A stretch of 45,237 bases of DNA from Chitinophagaceae bacterium (GCA_043772635.1 JAYVGA010000183.1:1-45237); one strand, 5' to 3'. Shown: positions 17,508-28,614, counted from the first letter of the stretch. The notes: a model not told the origin generated them from the letters alone. Made by a program: numbers and translations.

Positions 17508-19223
17508 ATGAAGATTAACCGCATAAAATACGCTAACATGTATGGCCCCACCACAGGAGATAAAGTGAGACTGGGCGATACAGAATTGTTTATTGAAATA
17601 GAAAAAGATTTTACGGTATATGGCGATGAAGCAAAGTTTGGCGGTGGCAAAACCATCAGGGATGGCATGGCACAATCTGCAACGGCTACCAGAAAAGAGG
17701 GTGTGCTGGATTTTGTAATTACCAGTGTAATGATCATTGATCATTGGGGAATTGTAAAAGCAGATATTGGAATTAAAGATGGAAAAATTGTGGCGGTTGG
17801 CAAAGCTGGTAACCCAGATACCATGGATGGCATTACGCCTGATATGATTATTGGAGCAAGCACAGAAGTGCATGGTGGCGCAGGTCTTATAGCCACCGCT
17901 GGCGGTATAGATACCCATATTCATTTTATTTGTCCGCAGCAAATAGACCATGCATTGTTCAGCGGCATTACTACTATGATAGGAGGTGGCACCGGCCCGG
18001 CAGATGGAACAAATGCTACTACCGTAACACCCGGCGCATGGAACATACAAAAAATGCTGGAAGCTGCAGAAGCCTATCCGGTAAACCTCGGTTTTTTTGG
18101 TAAAGGCAACTCTTCCTCTTTAGCTGCTTTGGAAGAACAGGTAGAAGCTGGTGCCTTGGGTTTAAAAATTCATGAAGACTGGGGAAGCACCCCGGCAGTA
18201 ATTGATGCCGCTTTGCAGATAGCAGATAAACTGGATGTGCAGGTGGCCATTCATACCGATACTTTAAATGAAGCGGGTTTTTTAGAAGATACTATTGCTG
18301 CTATTAATGGCAGGGTGATACATACTTTTCATACAGAAGGTGCCGGTGGAGGCCATGCACCGGATATTATAAAAGCGGCCATGTATCCTTATATATTACC
18401 TTCCTCTACCAATCCCACCAGGCCATATACCATAAACACTATTGATGAACACCTGGATATGCTGATGGTATGCCATCACCTGGATAAATCTGTGCCGGAG
18501 GATGTGGCTTTTGCAGACAGCAGGATAAGGCCGGAGACCATTGCAGCAGAAGATATTTTGCAGGATATGGGTGTGTTTAGTATGATGAGCAGCGATAGCC
18601 AGGCCATGGGCCGGGTGGCAGAAGTGATAATTCGCACCTGGCAAACCGCTCATAAAATGAAAGTGCAGCGGGGAAGCCTGCCACAGGATGAAGGCAAAGG
18701 CAATGATAATTTCAGGGTAAAAAGATATGTGAGCAAATACACCATTAACCCTGCCATAACACATGGCATAAGTGAATATACAGGCTCTATTGAGCCCGGT
18801 AAAATGGCGGATATTGTTTTATGGAAACCAGCTTTGTTTGGCGCAAAACCAGAAATGATTATTAAGGGTGGTATGATTATAGCCAGCCGCATGGGCGATC
18901 CTAATGCATCTATCCCCACACCACAGCCTGTAATATACCGCCACATGTTTGGTGCTGCAGGCAAAGCATTGCACAACACCTGCGCAGTATTTGTTTCAAA
19001 CATTTCTTTACAAAAAAACATTGTGCAGCAATATCATTTACAAAAAATAATATTACCTGTAAAAAACTGCCGCAATATTAGTAAAAAAGATATGATACAT
19101 AATGATGCCACCCCACAAATAGAGGTAAACCCCGAAAATTATGAAGTGAAAGTAGATGGAGAACATATTACCTGCGAGCCCCTGGCCGTATTGCCTTTGG
19201 CCCAGCGGTATTTTTTATTTTAA
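17508..19223 (+). CDS. ureC: Urease alpha (catalytic) subunit
   Basis: Ni-site motifs intact: [48 protein letters not shown]; C-terminal LAQRYFLF. Confidence 0.99.
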   Translation: MKINRIKYANMYGPTTGDKVRLGDTELFIEIEKDFTVYGDEAKFGGGKTIRDGMAQSATATRKEGVLDFVITSVMIIDHWGIVKADIGIKDGKIVAVGKAGNPDTMDGITPDMIIGASTEVHGGAGLIATAGGIDTHIHFICPQQIDHALFSGITTMIGGGTGPADGTNATTVTPGAWNIQKMLEAAEAYPVNLGFFGKGNSSSLAALEEQVEAGALGLKIHEDWGSTPAVIDAALQIADKLDVQVAIHTDTLNEAGFLEDTIAAINGRVIHTFHTEGAGGGHAPDIIKAAMYPYILPSSTNPTRPYTINTIDEHLDMLMVCHHLDKSVPEDVAFADSRIRPETIAAEDILQDMGVFSMMSSDSQAMGRVAEVIIRTWQTAHKMKVQRGSLPQDEGKGNDNFRVKRYVSKYTINPAITHGISEYTGSIEPGKMADIVLWKPALFGAKPEMIIKGGMIIASRMGDPNASIPTPQPVIYRHMFGAAGKALHNTCAVFVSNISLQKNIVQQYHLQKIILPVKNCRNISKKDMIHNDATPQIEVNPENYEVKVDGEHITCEPLAVLPLAQRYFLF

Positions 19224-19307
19224 TGCAGCGGGTTATATTATTCAAACACAAAAAAAAATTTTTTTATGCTCGAGAATATATTTTATCAGGTTAATTAATT
19301 TTTTATC

Positions 19308-19820
19308 ATGCTCATAAAACATAAAATTGGTAACCTTAATAATACTGAAACGTCCGGCAAAAAAATAGACTGGCTTGCTCTGCAATGGTATGAAGCCCGA
19401 AAAAGAATTTTAAGAAAAAAAACAACCAACGGTGAAGAAATTCTGCTGAAATTTTTAAACGAAAATCCTGCACTTACAGAGGGAGATATTTTGTTTGCAG
19501 ATGACAGCCACATTATTGCAGTTTCTATTTTACCCTGCAACTGCATGGTAGTGCAACCAAAAAATATGTTTGAAATGGCATCGGTGTGTTACGAAATCGG
19601 CAACAAGCACCTGCCATTATTTTATGAAGCAGAACAATTACTGGTACCTTTTGAAAAGCCATTGTATAACCTGCTGCTGGCACAGGGCTTTGAAGTAAAA
19701 GAAGAAAACAGAAAACTTCTGCAACCACTAAAAACAACCGTATCGCCTCATGCAAATCTAAACAGCGAAAGCCTCTTTACAAAAGTCATGAAAATAACTA
19801 CGCCTCATGAAAGAAGCTGA
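19308..19820 (+). CDS. ureE: Urease accessory protein UreE
   Basis: W.E..KRILRK.T..G, L.EGDIL, CYEIGNKHLP; position in the cluster. Confidence 0.93.
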   Translation: MLIKHKIGNLNNTETSGKKIDWLALQWYEARKRILRKKTTNGEEILLKFLNENPALTEGDILFADDSHIIAVSILPCNCMVVQPKNMFEMASVCYEIGNKHLPLFYEAEQLLVPFEKPLYNLLLAQGFEVKEENRKLLQPLKTTVSPHANLNSESLFTKVMKITTPHERS

Positions 19821-20568
19821 CCATTTTAAAGCAATGGGGAAACCTTCCGTGCCGCTAAGGGCTGCTGCACCTTTAGGTGGAAGCAGTGTGCCTTTACTTT
19901 CTCTTTTGCATTTATGTGATCCTGCTCTACCCATCGGGAGCTTTTCTCATAGTACCGGGCTGGAAACCTATGTTCAGCAAAACCTTGTAAACGATAAAAT
20001 AACAGCCCAAACTTTCATAACAGAAATGCTTAGCCACAGTTTGCAATATACCGATGCGGCGTTTGTATCGCTGGCTTATGATGCATCCGTAAAAAATGAA
20101 CTGGATATAATTTTAAAATACGATGAAGAATGTACCGCCGTAAAACTGCCTGCACAAATAAGACAGGCCAGCAAAAAGTTAGGCATGCGGTTATTAAAAT
20201 TATTTGAACCGCTTGCCGGCAACAAATTGATAAAAGCTTACAGCAAACAAATATCTACAGGGCAACCAAATACCAATTACTGTATTGTGTATGCACTGTG
20301 TGCACACGCCATGGGCATTGGCAAACAGGATGCTTTGTATGGTTTTTATTATAATGCCGCAGCAGGTTTAGTAACCAACAGTGTAAAGCTTATTCCGCTG
20401 GGGCAACAGCAGGGGCAGGAAATGTTATTTTCTCTGCTGCCATTACTGGCGCAACTTGCACAACAATCTATGCAACCTGATAAAGATTTAATTGGACTAT
20501 GCTGCACAGGTTTTGATATTCGTTGTATGCAGCATGAACAATTGTACAGCAGGTTGTATATGAGTTAA
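19807..20568 (+). CDS. ureF: Urease accessory protein UreF
   Basis: D.ALPIGSFSHS.GLE, VKLIPLGQ..GQ, HEQLYSRLYMS. The true start may be the GTG near 19888. Confidence 0.95.
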   Translation: MKEADHFKAMGKPSVPLRAAAPLGGSSVPLLSLLHLCDPALPIGSFSHSTGLETYVQQNLVNDKITAQTFITEMLSHSLQYTDAAFVSLAYDASVKNELDIILKYDEECTAVKLPAQIRQASKKLGMRLLKLFEPLAGNKLIKAYSKQISTGQPNTNYCIVYALCAHAMGIGKQDALYGFYYNAAAGLVTNSVKLIPLGQQQGQEMLFSLLPLLAQLAQQSMQPDKDLIGLCCTGFDIRCMQHEQLYSRLYMS

Positions 20569-20681
20569 ACCGGCAGGTACAAATCTAAAAACGAAAGAAA
20601 GAAAAATCTTATAATGCAGCTATCAAAAGATTATGATTGATAGCGCTCAAAAAAGGTTTATGAAATAATAACTATATCGGC

Positions 20682-21075
20682 AAAGAAAAAAATTAGTATT
20701 AATTCGTGTAATTAGTGTAAAAAAATCATGAGTGGAAACTAGACAAAAACTGGAAAGGCCAGGCACAAAAAAATTTAATAATAAATACATCGACTAAGAA
20801 GTTGTTTGAGCTATTTATTTTGAATACCAGCGAAATATTTTCATAGCATCAGTCCCTACATATATGTAGGGATGTCACAATCCCTGTCTGCCTGGGCAGC
20901 CAGGCAGGCTTTCATCGGCATACATAATGGCAACATTTTAGACTATGTAATGAATTTCAGACAAACAACTCAAGCAGCTTCTAAATGAATAAAGAAAAAA
21001 AAATTAGTATTAATTCGTGTAATTAGTGTAAAAAAAATATGAATAGAAACTACATAAAAATAGGCATCGCCGGCC
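20682..21075 (+). repeat. Direct repeat (~83 bp; 20682-20764 and 20991-21075) duplicating the ureG initiation region and first codons
   Basis: TTAGTATTAATTCGTGTAATTAGTGTAAAAAAA is identical in both copies, followed by ATGAGTGGAAACTAG... versus ATGAATAGAAACTAC... Confidence 0.85.
20798..20981. mobile_element. Non-autonomous MITE-like element (184 bp) with terminal inverted repeats and TAA flanks
   Basis: TAA|GAAGTTGTTTGAG ... CTCAAGCAGCTTC|TAA (11/13 match); internal palindromes TCCCTACATATATGTAGGGA and CCTGTCTGCCTGGGCAGCCAGGCAGG. Confidence 0.6.
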
Positions 21076-21674
21076 CTGTTGGTTCGGGCAAAACAGCCTT
21101 GATAGAAAGGCTTAGCAGAGCCATGAGTAAAGATTACAGCATTGCTGTAATTACCAACGATATTTATACAAAAGAAGATGCGGCGTTTTTAACCAAAAAC
21201 TCTTTGCTTGCTGCTGAAAGAATTATTGGGGTAGAAACTGGTGGATGCCCGCATACAGCCATAAGGGAAGATGCCAGTATGAACCTGGAAGCAGTAGATG
21301 AAATGGCCGCAAGAATACCAGGTATGCAGCTACTGTTTATTGAAAGTGGAGGTGATAATTTATCAGCAACTTTTAGCCCGGACCTGGCAGATATAACCAT
21401 TTTTGTAATTGATGTATCTGGTGGCGATAAAATACCACGCAAGGGTGGCCCCGGCATTACGAGGAGCGATTTACTGGTGATTAATAAAATTGATCTTGCT
21501 CCGTATGTACTGGCCAACCTGGGAGTAATGGAAAAAGATGCACGCCAGATGCGAAACGGGCAACCATTTGTTTTTACCAACCTTATGACGCTGGAAGGAC
21601 TGGATAGTGTGATTGGCTGGATAAAAAAATATGCTCTTTTAGAAAACATTAATGAACCCATACTGCACCGATGA
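21039..21674 (+). CDS. ureG: Urease accessory GTPase UreG
   Basis: [32 protein letters not shown]. Confidence 0.98.
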   Translation: MNRNYIKIGIAGPVGSGKTALIERLSRAMSKDYSIAVITNDIYTKEDAAFLTKNSLLAAERIIGVETGGCPHTAIREDASMNLEAVDEMAARIPGMQLLFIESGGDNLSATFSPDLADITIFVIDVSGGDKIPRKGGPGITRSDLLVINKIDLAPYVLANLGVMEKDARQMRNGQPFVFTNLMTLEGLDSVIGWIKKYALLENINEPILHR

Positions 21675-22474
21675 AAGCTGAACTGCAGATAGAAGTGGCG
21701 GATAAAAATGGATGTGCTTATTTAAAAAAGGCATATTGTACTACTCCATTTAAAGTGGCCAATATTACCGAAGATAAAACCGGCCCACAACTCCATTTAA
21801 TGCTCATGAGCTCATCGCCCGGTATTTTAGATGGCGATGCCTACAATATCAAAATTGAAATAGAAAAAAACTGCTGGCTGCAATTGCATACGCAGGCTTA
21901 CCAGCGGCTGTTTAATATGAAGGTGGGTGCAAGCCAGCAGTTGCAGGTGCATCTTGCCGATAACGCATCGTTTTGTTATTTGCCGCATCCATGTGTGCCG
22001 CATGCCCAATCGGTATTTATAAGCCGCAATTCATTTTACCTGGGAAAGCATTGCCGTTTTATTTATGGAGAAATACTTACCTGTGGCAGAAAACTGCATG
22101 GCGAAATATTTTTGTTTTCTAAATACCAGAGCATCACCTGTATTTTTATTAATAACAAACTGGTAATAAAAGAAAATTTATTAATGCAGCCTGCTCTTAT
22201 TAATGCAGAGGCCATAGGCCAGTTAGAAGGGTACACTCACCAGGCCAGCATGATTTATTTACAGGAAAATATAGATGCAAAATTGTTGCAGGAAAAACTC
22301 CTCCATCTTTTATCAACAGAAATAAATATAGCAACGGGTATAAGTGCTGCACCGGTAAGCGGATTAATAATACGCCTGATGGGTAACGGGGCAGAACAGC
22401 TGTACAACTGCCTGCAACGCATAAACGAAATACTACTAACAACCACTGCTAATACTTTGCAATATGACCGCTGA
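21671..22474 (+). CDS. ureD: Urease accessory protein UreD
   Basis: [31 protein letters not shown]...GE; ATGA overlap with ureG. Confidence 0.92.
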   Translation: MKAELQIEVADKNGCAYLKKAYCTTPFKVANITEDKTGPQLHLMLMSSSPGILDGDAYNIKIEIEKNCWLQLHTQAYQRLFNMKVGASQQLQVHLADNASFCYLPHPCVPHAQSVFISRNSFYLGKHCRFIYGEILTCGRKLHGEIFLFSKYQSITCIFINNKLVIKENLLMQPALINAEAIGQLEGYTHQASMIYLQENIDAKLLQEKLLHLLSTEINIATGISAAPVSGLIIRLMGNGAEQLYNCLQRINEILLTTTANTLQYDR

Positions 22475-23165
22475 AATGCAGGCACTCATACTAACTGCTG
22501 CATCCATTGCACTGCTTCACACCATTACCGGTGCCGATCATTACCTGCCATTTATTGCCTTATCAAAATCAAGAAACTGGAGCATTGCAAAAACCATTGG
22601 ATGGACGCTTACCTGTGGCCTTGGCCATGTGCTTAGTTCTGTTTTGCTGGGGCTGGGCGGGACTGCCCTTGGCTGGTCTTTATCCAATATAAGCTGGCTG
22701 CAGGAGGTAAGGGGTGGTGTTGCCGGCTGGCTAATGTTGCTGTTTGGTTTGCTGTATATTTTGTGGGGCATTTACCGGTTGTATAAAAACAAGCCGCACA
22801 AACATTTTGATATGGGCACAGATGGGGCTTTGTATGTGTACGAACACAGGCATGGCGCAGCTGCAATACCCCGGAAACGTTTTAAAGTAACCCCATGGGT
22901 TATGTTTATCATTTTTGTACTGGGGCCATGTGAGCCAATGATACCATTATTATATTTTCCGGCTGCGCAAAACAGCTGGTGGGGTATGATGCTGCTGATT
23001 ATGGTGTACAGTATTTGTACCATTGCAGCCATGCTCTTTATGGTGGTGCTGGGTTATTACAGTATGGCTTTTGCCGGCACAAAAAAAATAGAAAAATATA
23101 TGCATGTGCTTTGCGGCCTTACCATTTTTATTTGTGGTGTGGGTATGTTATGGATGGGCTGGTAA
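22464..23165 (+). CDS. Urease-associated nickel transporter-like membrane protein (UreH/NiCoT-like)
   Basis: About 6 TM segments; HTITGADH motif, CGLGH, His-containing loop, LGPCEP; last gene of the cluster. Confidence 0.75.
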   Translation: MTAEMQALILTAASIALLHTITGADHYLPFIALSKSRNWSIAKTIGWTLTCGLGHVLSSVLLGLGGTALGWSLSNISWLQEVRGGVAGWLMLLFGLLYILWGIYRLYKNKPHKHFDMGTDGALYVYEHRHGAAAIPRKRFKVTPWVMFIIFVLGPCEPMIPLLYFPAAQNSWWGMMLLIMVYSICTIAAMLFMVVLGYYSMAFAGTKKIEKYMHVLCGLTIFICGVGMLWMGW

Positions 23166-23230
23166 ATTTTTATGCCTAAGAAAGAAGATTTATTAGAAAC
23201 TAAAAGAAGAAGTTTATATTTTACAGCATT

Positions 23231-24388
23231 TCACTTTTTCTTTTTGGTGGTGAGTTTAGTTTTTTGTTCAGCTAAAGAAGCTTTTACTTTTTTGTGTAAT
23301 GGCTCTTCAAATTTCTTTGCCTCCAGTTCCAGGGCGGCTTCCAGTTCTTCTATACTTGGCAATTCTCCTTTTAAATTTTTAGGCAGCATTTGGGCAATTT
23401 TATATTCAGCAATACCAATGGGTTTACTGGTATCTCTTAAAGCATATTCAGCCACTATTTTATTATTGGTTTTGCATAGTATCAGCCCAATAGCAGGCTC
23501 ATCATATTCACCTTTCAATCTATCATCTGCCAGGCCAAGATATACATTCATTTTGCTTACAAACTCTGCTTCAAACTCTCCGGTTTTTAAATCTATGATA
23601 ATATGCCTGCGCAGTTTAGTATTGTAAAATAACAAGTCTATAAAAAATTCTTTGCCCCCTGCCTCAAATCTTTTTTGCCTGCCCATAAAAGCAAAGCCAT
23701 CACCCAGCTCCAGCAATAATTTGGTAATGTGGTTCATTAAAGCATTTTCTAAATCCCTTTCTTTTGCTTCTTCACCAAGCATTAAAAAATCAAACTGATA
23801 AGGATCTTTAAAAAGCTGTTGTGTAAGGTCACTTTGATAATCAGGTAAAGTAGTATTAAAGTTATGAATAAGAGTTCCCTGGCGTTTGTGCAAAAGGCTT
23901 TCAATTTGATGTACCATTATATCACGGGTCCACCCATTCTTTATAGCTTTTTAAGCATAAAAAAGCCTTTCTTCCGGTAACTTTAATTTATCAAGCAAAG
24001 TGCAGTTGTGCCCCCATGGCAATTTTGCAACGGAGCGTTGCAAAATTGTAAAGCTGTGTTTTTCAGTGTCTTGTAATATTGCAACGCTCCGTTGCAATAT
24101 TGTAAATTCTGGATAAGCCATTGCAAATACCTTCATATACCTAAGATTTCTGGAAGACGGGCCTTTCATATCCTGAAACTCAATTTTTAAATCATACGCC
24201 AGTCTTTCAATAATTTTTGTTCCCCAGCCATCTTCTTTTTCCTCTTTACTGATGGTATTACCAATTTCCCAGTAAACCTTAAGTAACTCGTTGTTTACAG
24301 CAAGGGAAGCCTGTAACCTTGCCTGCCTTATTTTTTCTTTGAGGCTCTGTAATATCTGTATATAATTTTCACTTAGTTCAGCAGCCAT
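23231..24388 (-). pseudogene. YhcG/DUF1016 PD-(D/E)XK nuclease-like gene with in-frame TAA
   Basis: VN.ELL..YW.IG, S.RNL.YM..F, LPWGHN, FYA*KAIKNGW.R, KDPY.FDFL, LLELG.GFAF.GRQ, IDLLFY, IDLK. TAA at 23953-23951; both ORF halves are in the same frame. Confidence 0.9.
24020..24101. repeat. Two perfect palindromes inside the YhcG coding sequence
   Basis: CAATTTTGCAACG-GAG-CGTTGCAAAATTG (24020-24048) and AATATTGCAACG-CTC-CGTTGCAATATT (24075-24101). Confidence 0.9.
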
Positions 24389-24475
24389 TGTAAAATTTTA
24401 AAGGTTGTTTATAATTGCAGTTTATCAAGTTGCGTCTTTATATTTTTTAAAATTGAAGTGGGCAGTTAAATAAGT

Positions 24476-26017
24476 TTACAATGGTATATTCCCATGTTTT
24501 TTTCTTGGCCGTTTAGCCACTTTGTTTTGCAGTATGGCAAAAGTTTTTATCAGTTTTTTCCTGGTTTCTTTTGGTTCTATTACTTCATCAATAAAACCTC
24601 TTTCGGCAGCAAGGTAGGGTGTTGCAAATTTGTCGGCATATTCTGTTTCTTTTTCTTCTAATTTTTTAGCCGGGTCTGCAGCTTCTGTAATTTCTTTTTT
24701 AAAAATAATTTCGCTGGCACCCCTGGCACCCATTACGGCTATTTCTGCAGTGGGCCATGCAAAGTTCATATCGGCACCAATATGTTTGGAGTTCATCACA
24801 TCATAAGCACCGCCGTATGCCTTGCGGGTTATCACGGTAACCCTTGGCACAGTAGCTTCGCTTAATGCATACAGCAATTTTGCACCATTGGTAATAATAC
24901 CATTCCACTCCTGGTCGGTACCGGGCAAAAAGCCCGGCACATCTACCAGTACCAGTAAAGGAATATTAAAGCAATCGCAAAAGCGGGTAAACCTTGCTCC
25001 TTTTTTAGAACTGTCAATATCCAGTACACCCGCCAGGCAATTGGGCTGGTTTGCTACAATGCCAATACTCCTGCCTGCCAGTCTTGCAAAACCCACCACA
25101 ATATTCTGAGCATAGGCTTCGTGTATTTCAAAAAAAGACTGGGCATCACAAATGCCTTCAATAACTGCACGCATATCATAAGGCTGGTTCCTGCTTTCCG
25201 GAATAATCTCTTCTAAAACCTCCCTTGTTTCATCTCCCAAAATGCAGGCAATTTCGGGCACCACATCTTCGCAGTTTTGCGGCATATAACTCAGTAATTT
25301 TTTTAGCTGCGTTATACATTCCATATCATTGGCCGATGTTAAATGCGTAACGCCGGATTTAACTGCATGGGCAGATGCACCACCCAGTTCTTCGGAACTT
25401 ATTTCTTCATGCGTTACTGTTTTTACCACATTGGGCCCGGTAACAAACATATAACTGCTGCCTTCTACCATTAATGTAAAATCTGTGATAGCCGGAGAAT
25501 AAACTGCACCGCCTGCGCATGGCCCCATGATGGCAGATATTTGCGGGATAACGCCTGATGCCATTACGTTTCTGTAAAAAATATCTGCATACCCTCCCAG
25601 CGATCTTACGCCTTCCTGTATTCTTGCTCCGCCACTGTCGTTAAGGCCAATCATGGGTGCTCCCGTTTTCATGGCAAGATCCATAATCTTACAAATTTTT
25701 TCGGCATGCGTTTCAGATAAAGCTCCGCCAAATACGGTAAAGTCCTGTGCAAACACATATACCAGCCGATCGTTAACCGTGCCATAACCAGTAATTACCC
25801 CATCGCCATAAAACTGCTGATCTTCCATACCAAAATCTTTGGTACGGTGCAGTACCAGCGCACCAATTTCTTCAAACGAACCGGGGTCCATTAATAAAAT
25901 AATGCGTTCTCTTGCCGTTAGTTTTCCCTTTTTATGCTGCGTTTCATTTCGCTCTTTACCACCACCGAGCTTTCCTTCAGCTAATTTTTTTCGGAGTATG
26001 TCTACTTTTGATTTCAT
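24476..26017 (-). CDS. pccB: Acyl-CoA (propionyl-CoA-type) carboxylase, carboxyltransferase subunit
   Basis: [62 protein letters not shown]. Confidence 0.9.
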   Translation of the reverse strand: MKSKVDILRKKLAEGKLGGGKERNETQHKKGKLTARERIILLMDPGSFEEIGALVLHRTKDFGMEDQQFYGDGVITGYGTVNDRLVYVFAQDFTVFGGALSETHAEKICKIMDLAMKTGAPMIGLNDSGGARIQEGVRSLGGYADIFYRNVMASGVIPQISAIMGPCAGGAVYSPAITDFTLMVEGSSYMFVTGPNVVKTVTHEEISSEELGGASAHAVKSGVTHLTSANDMECITQLKKLLSYMPQNCEDVVPEIACILGDETREVLEEIIPESRNQPYDMRAVIEGICDAQSFFEIHEAYAQNIVVGFARLAGRSIGIVANQPNCLAGVLDIDSSKKGARFTRFCDCFNIPLLVLVDVPGFLPGTDQEWNGIITNGAKLLYALSEATVPRVTVITRKAYGGAYDVMNSKHIGADMNFAWPTAEIAVMGARGASEIIFKKEITEAADPAKKLEEKETEYADKFATPYLAAERGFIDEVIEPKETRKKLIKTFAILQNKVAKRPRKKHGNIPL

Positions 26018-26036
26018 ATATTTTTTTAAAACCTGT

Positions 26037-26075
26037 GAGTTGATAGCTGTTAGCTTTTAGCCATTAGCTGTGAGC
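26037..26075. repeat. Degenerate heptamer tandem repeat (TAGCNNT)
   Basis: GAGTTGA TAGCTGT TAGCTTT TAGCCAT TAGCTGT GAGC. Confidence 0.7.
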
Positions 26076-26142
26076 ATACAATTCGTACTTATTTAAATTA
26101 CAAAATGCTTATTTTAAATTACTAATAAATTGTAGCAACAAT

Positions 26143-26191
26143 TTGCCCATTGCCTGTTGCTAATTGCCAATTGCCCATTGCCAATTGCCCA
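26143..26191. repeat. Heptamer tandem repeat TTGCYNR x7
   Basis: TTGCCCA TTGCCTG TTGCTAA TTGCCAA TTGCCCA TTGCCAA TTGCCCA. Confidence 0.85.
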
Positions 26192-26204
26192 TTTTTACTT
26201 CACC

Positions 26205-27677
26205 CTAAGCCAGGCGCCGTTTCCAGCTCGTAGTTTTGTGTTGCACAGGTTTTGTAATTTTTTGTTGATCTGTATAATATTTAAGTGCAATAATTGCTGC
26301 CAGTTCTGCATTTGCTTTTTGCTTTTGCTTTATTTTATCTGAGGTATAATAATTTTGTACAAATGAGGTATCAAAATTTCCAGAAAGAAATGCTTCATGT
26401 TCAAACACAAAACTACCAAAGGGCAATGTTGTAGATACCCCGGTAATGGTAAATTCTTTAATAGCCTGTTTCATTTTTTGTATGGCTTCTGTTCTGTTTT
26501 TACCATGTGTAATTAGTTTGGCAATCATGGGATCGTAATAAACAGGTATAGCCATGCCCTGTTCATAACCATCATCTACCCTTACGCCATCGCCCTGTGG
26601 TTTTACATAAGTGGTTAGTGTACCTATAGAGGGTAAAAAATTATTTAGCGGGTCTTCTGCATACACCCTTAATTCTACAGCATGGCCGTTTATGCTAAGA
26701 TCGTCCTGGGTAAAAGATAGCTTTTCGCCTCTTGCAATTTTTATCTGTTCTTCTACCAGGTCTATACCTGTTATCATTTCTGTAACCGGGTGCTCTACCT
26801 GCAGGCGGGTATTCATTTCAAGAAAATAAAAATTAAGTTTATCATCTACCAAAAATTCTACGGTGCCTGTGCTTATGTAGTTGCATGATTTTGCTACCAT
26901 CACTGCCGCTTCTCCCATTTGCTTACGCAGCTGGTGAGTTAAGATTACAGAGGGAGATTCTTCCACCACTTTTTGGTGGCGGCGCTGAATGCTGCATTCC
27001 CTTTCAAACAGGTGGAGCACATTACCGTGTTTATCTGCAAGCACCTGTATTTCTATATGGCGGGGAGCGCTTACATATTTTTCTATAAATACAGCACCAT
27101 CTCCAAAAGAAGCCGTGGCTTCGCTCACAGCCCTTTGCATCTGGTCTTCAAAGTCGGCTTCTTTTTCTACTATCCGCATCCCCTTGCCACCACCACCGGC
27201 AGATGCTTTTATAAGAATGGGATAGCCAATTGTAGCAGCGGTTTGTTTTGCAACTGCAATATCATCAATTGCTTTATCTATGCCCGGCACCATGGGAATA
27301 TTGTATTTTTTTACACATTCTTTGGCTGCCAGTTTAGACCCCATAATGCGCATGGCCTCCGGGTCGGGACCTATAAAATTAATTCCGGAATCCTGTACCT
27401 TTTGCCCAAAATCGGCATTCTCACTAAGAAAACCATACCCGGGATGAATGCCATCTGCACCCAACTCTTTACAATATGCAATTATTTTATCCCCGTTTAA
27501 ATACGATTCACCGGATGGAGCAGCACCCAGGCATACGGCTTCATCGGCAAACAAAACATGCGGAGAATTTCTATCCGCTTCAGAAAAAACAGCTACCGAT
27601 TTAATGCCCATTTTGCGGATGGTACGCATAATGCGCAGCGCAATTTCTCCCCGGTTGGCCACCAATATTTTTTGCAT
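26205..27677 (-). CDS. accC: Biotin carboxylase subunit of an acetyl/propionyl-CoA carboxylase
   Basis: ANRGEIA, HPGYGFLSEN, GGGGKGMR, ERECSIQRRHQK, EMNTRLQVEHPVTE, YDPMIAKL. Confidence 0.93.
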   Translation of the reverse strand: MQKILVANRGEIALRIMRTIRKMGIKSVAVFSEADRNSPHVLFADEAVCLGAAPSGESYLNGDKIIAYCKELGADGIHPGYGFLSENADFGQKVQDSGINFIGPDPEAMRIMGSKLAAKECVKKYNIPMVPGIDKAIDDIAVAKQTAATIGYPILIKASAGGGGKGMRIVEKEADFEDQMQRAVSEATASFGDGAVFIEKYVSAPRHIEIQVLADKHGNVLHLFERECSIQRRHQKVVEESPSVILTHQLRKQMGEAAVMVAKSCNYISTGTVEFLVDDKLNFYFLEMNTRLQVEHPVTEMITGIDLVEEQIKIARGEKLSFTQDDLSINGHAVELRVYAEDPLNNFLPSIGTLTTYVKPQGDGVRVDDGYEQGMAIPVYYDPMIAKLITHGKNRTEAIQKMKQAIKEFTITGVSTTLPFGSFVFEHEAFLSGNFDTSFVQNYYTSDKIKQKQKANAELAAIIALKYYTDQQKITKPVQHKTTSWKRRLA

Positions 27678-27721
27678 GGTTTATTATTTGTGCTTGGATA
27701 AAATTTTTTGCTTGAATAGAT

Positions 27722-28213
27722 TTATTCCAGCTCTACCAATAGCTGCCCCTTTTCTACCGCCTGCCCTGCAACAACTGCAATTTTTTTAATAGTAGCATGG
27801 GCAGGAATTATTATACTGTTTTCCATCTTCATGGCCACTAATATTAAAAGGGTATCCCCGGCGGCTACTAGCTGCCCGGCTGTCACGTCAATTTGCAGTA
27901 CAAGCCCAGGCATGGGCGCTTTTATTTCTTTTAACTGTTTGCCGGCAGTTATACCAAAACCCATTTGTTGCAGTGTTTCATCCAGCTCATCCGTTATTTC
28001 CACTTCAAAGTGTTCACCTTCTATTTCTATCGTTTGCTTTTTAGCCGTAGAGTTTGCTTGTATAATTTTTGCATTTACAGAACGGTTGTTTTGTATAATA
28101 TTAAAAGTTGCAGTATTTTTTTTAACGATGTCAATAGCATCTACCTCCTCCGGCGTAAAGGCAAATTCATATCCGTTTGATTTTATTTTAAAAGCTGTGT
28201 TCTTATACGGCAT
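27722..28213 (-). CDS. Biotin carboxyl carrier protein
   Basis: KAPMPG, biotinylation motif VAMKMEN, V.KGQLL. Confidence 0.92.
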   Translation of the reverse strand: MPYKNTAFKIKSNGYEFAFTPEEVDAIDIVKKNTATFNIIQNNRSVNAKIIQANSTAKKQTIEIEGEHFEVEITDELDETLQQMGFGITAGKQLKEIKAPMPGLVLQIDVTAGQLVAAGDTLLILVAMKMENSIIIPAHATIKKIAVVAGQAVEKGQLLVELE

Positions 28214-28566
28214 ATGGCGGGCTTTAATTAATAAGATGGCTGCTGTAAAATTAATTGATTGTTTCCTGTTGTTGGTGTGCGGGCATTAATAAAATACTTA
28301 TTTGCAAAAGGAGACTGATTTTAAGTGTTAGGATATAGTAAGGCTTAGTAAGGAGGTTAATAAAAGGACGGTATGATTACAATAAAATAAGATCAATCAT
28401 ACCTGTGCATTCAATCATATAGCGGAAACGGAAAGTATTTTTCTGTAGAAACCCAGGTATGGAATAAAGATAAATAATGCTGATAGTTTAAACGTATTGT
28501 TGGGTAGGCAATTAATATTTAGATTCTTAAAAAGACGGATGCAAATCCCCAGGAATAAGGCAAATG

Positions 28567-28591
28567 AAAAAGGGGTGCAAACCTACACCCC
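28567..28591 (-). terminator. Intrinsic terminator after the small ORF
   Basis: Minus strand GGGGTGTAG-GT-TTGCACCCC-TTTTT. Confidence 0.7.
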
Positions 28592-28614
28592 CAAAATAAT
28601 GCAAACAGGTAATT

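Noticed and set aside
20682-21075. CRISPR array
   Set aside because: Only two copies ~310 bp apart, the repeat includes the ureG start, and there are no cas genes.
17105-23627. Alternative-frame and antisense ORFs over the urease cluster and YhcG (e.g. 17484..18050, 21164..21661, 23172..23627)
   Set aside because: Fully overlap conserved genes and carry no motifs of their own.
26157-26342. ORF beginning MLIANCPLPIAH
   Set aside because: Translation of the heptamer repeat plus antisense of accC.
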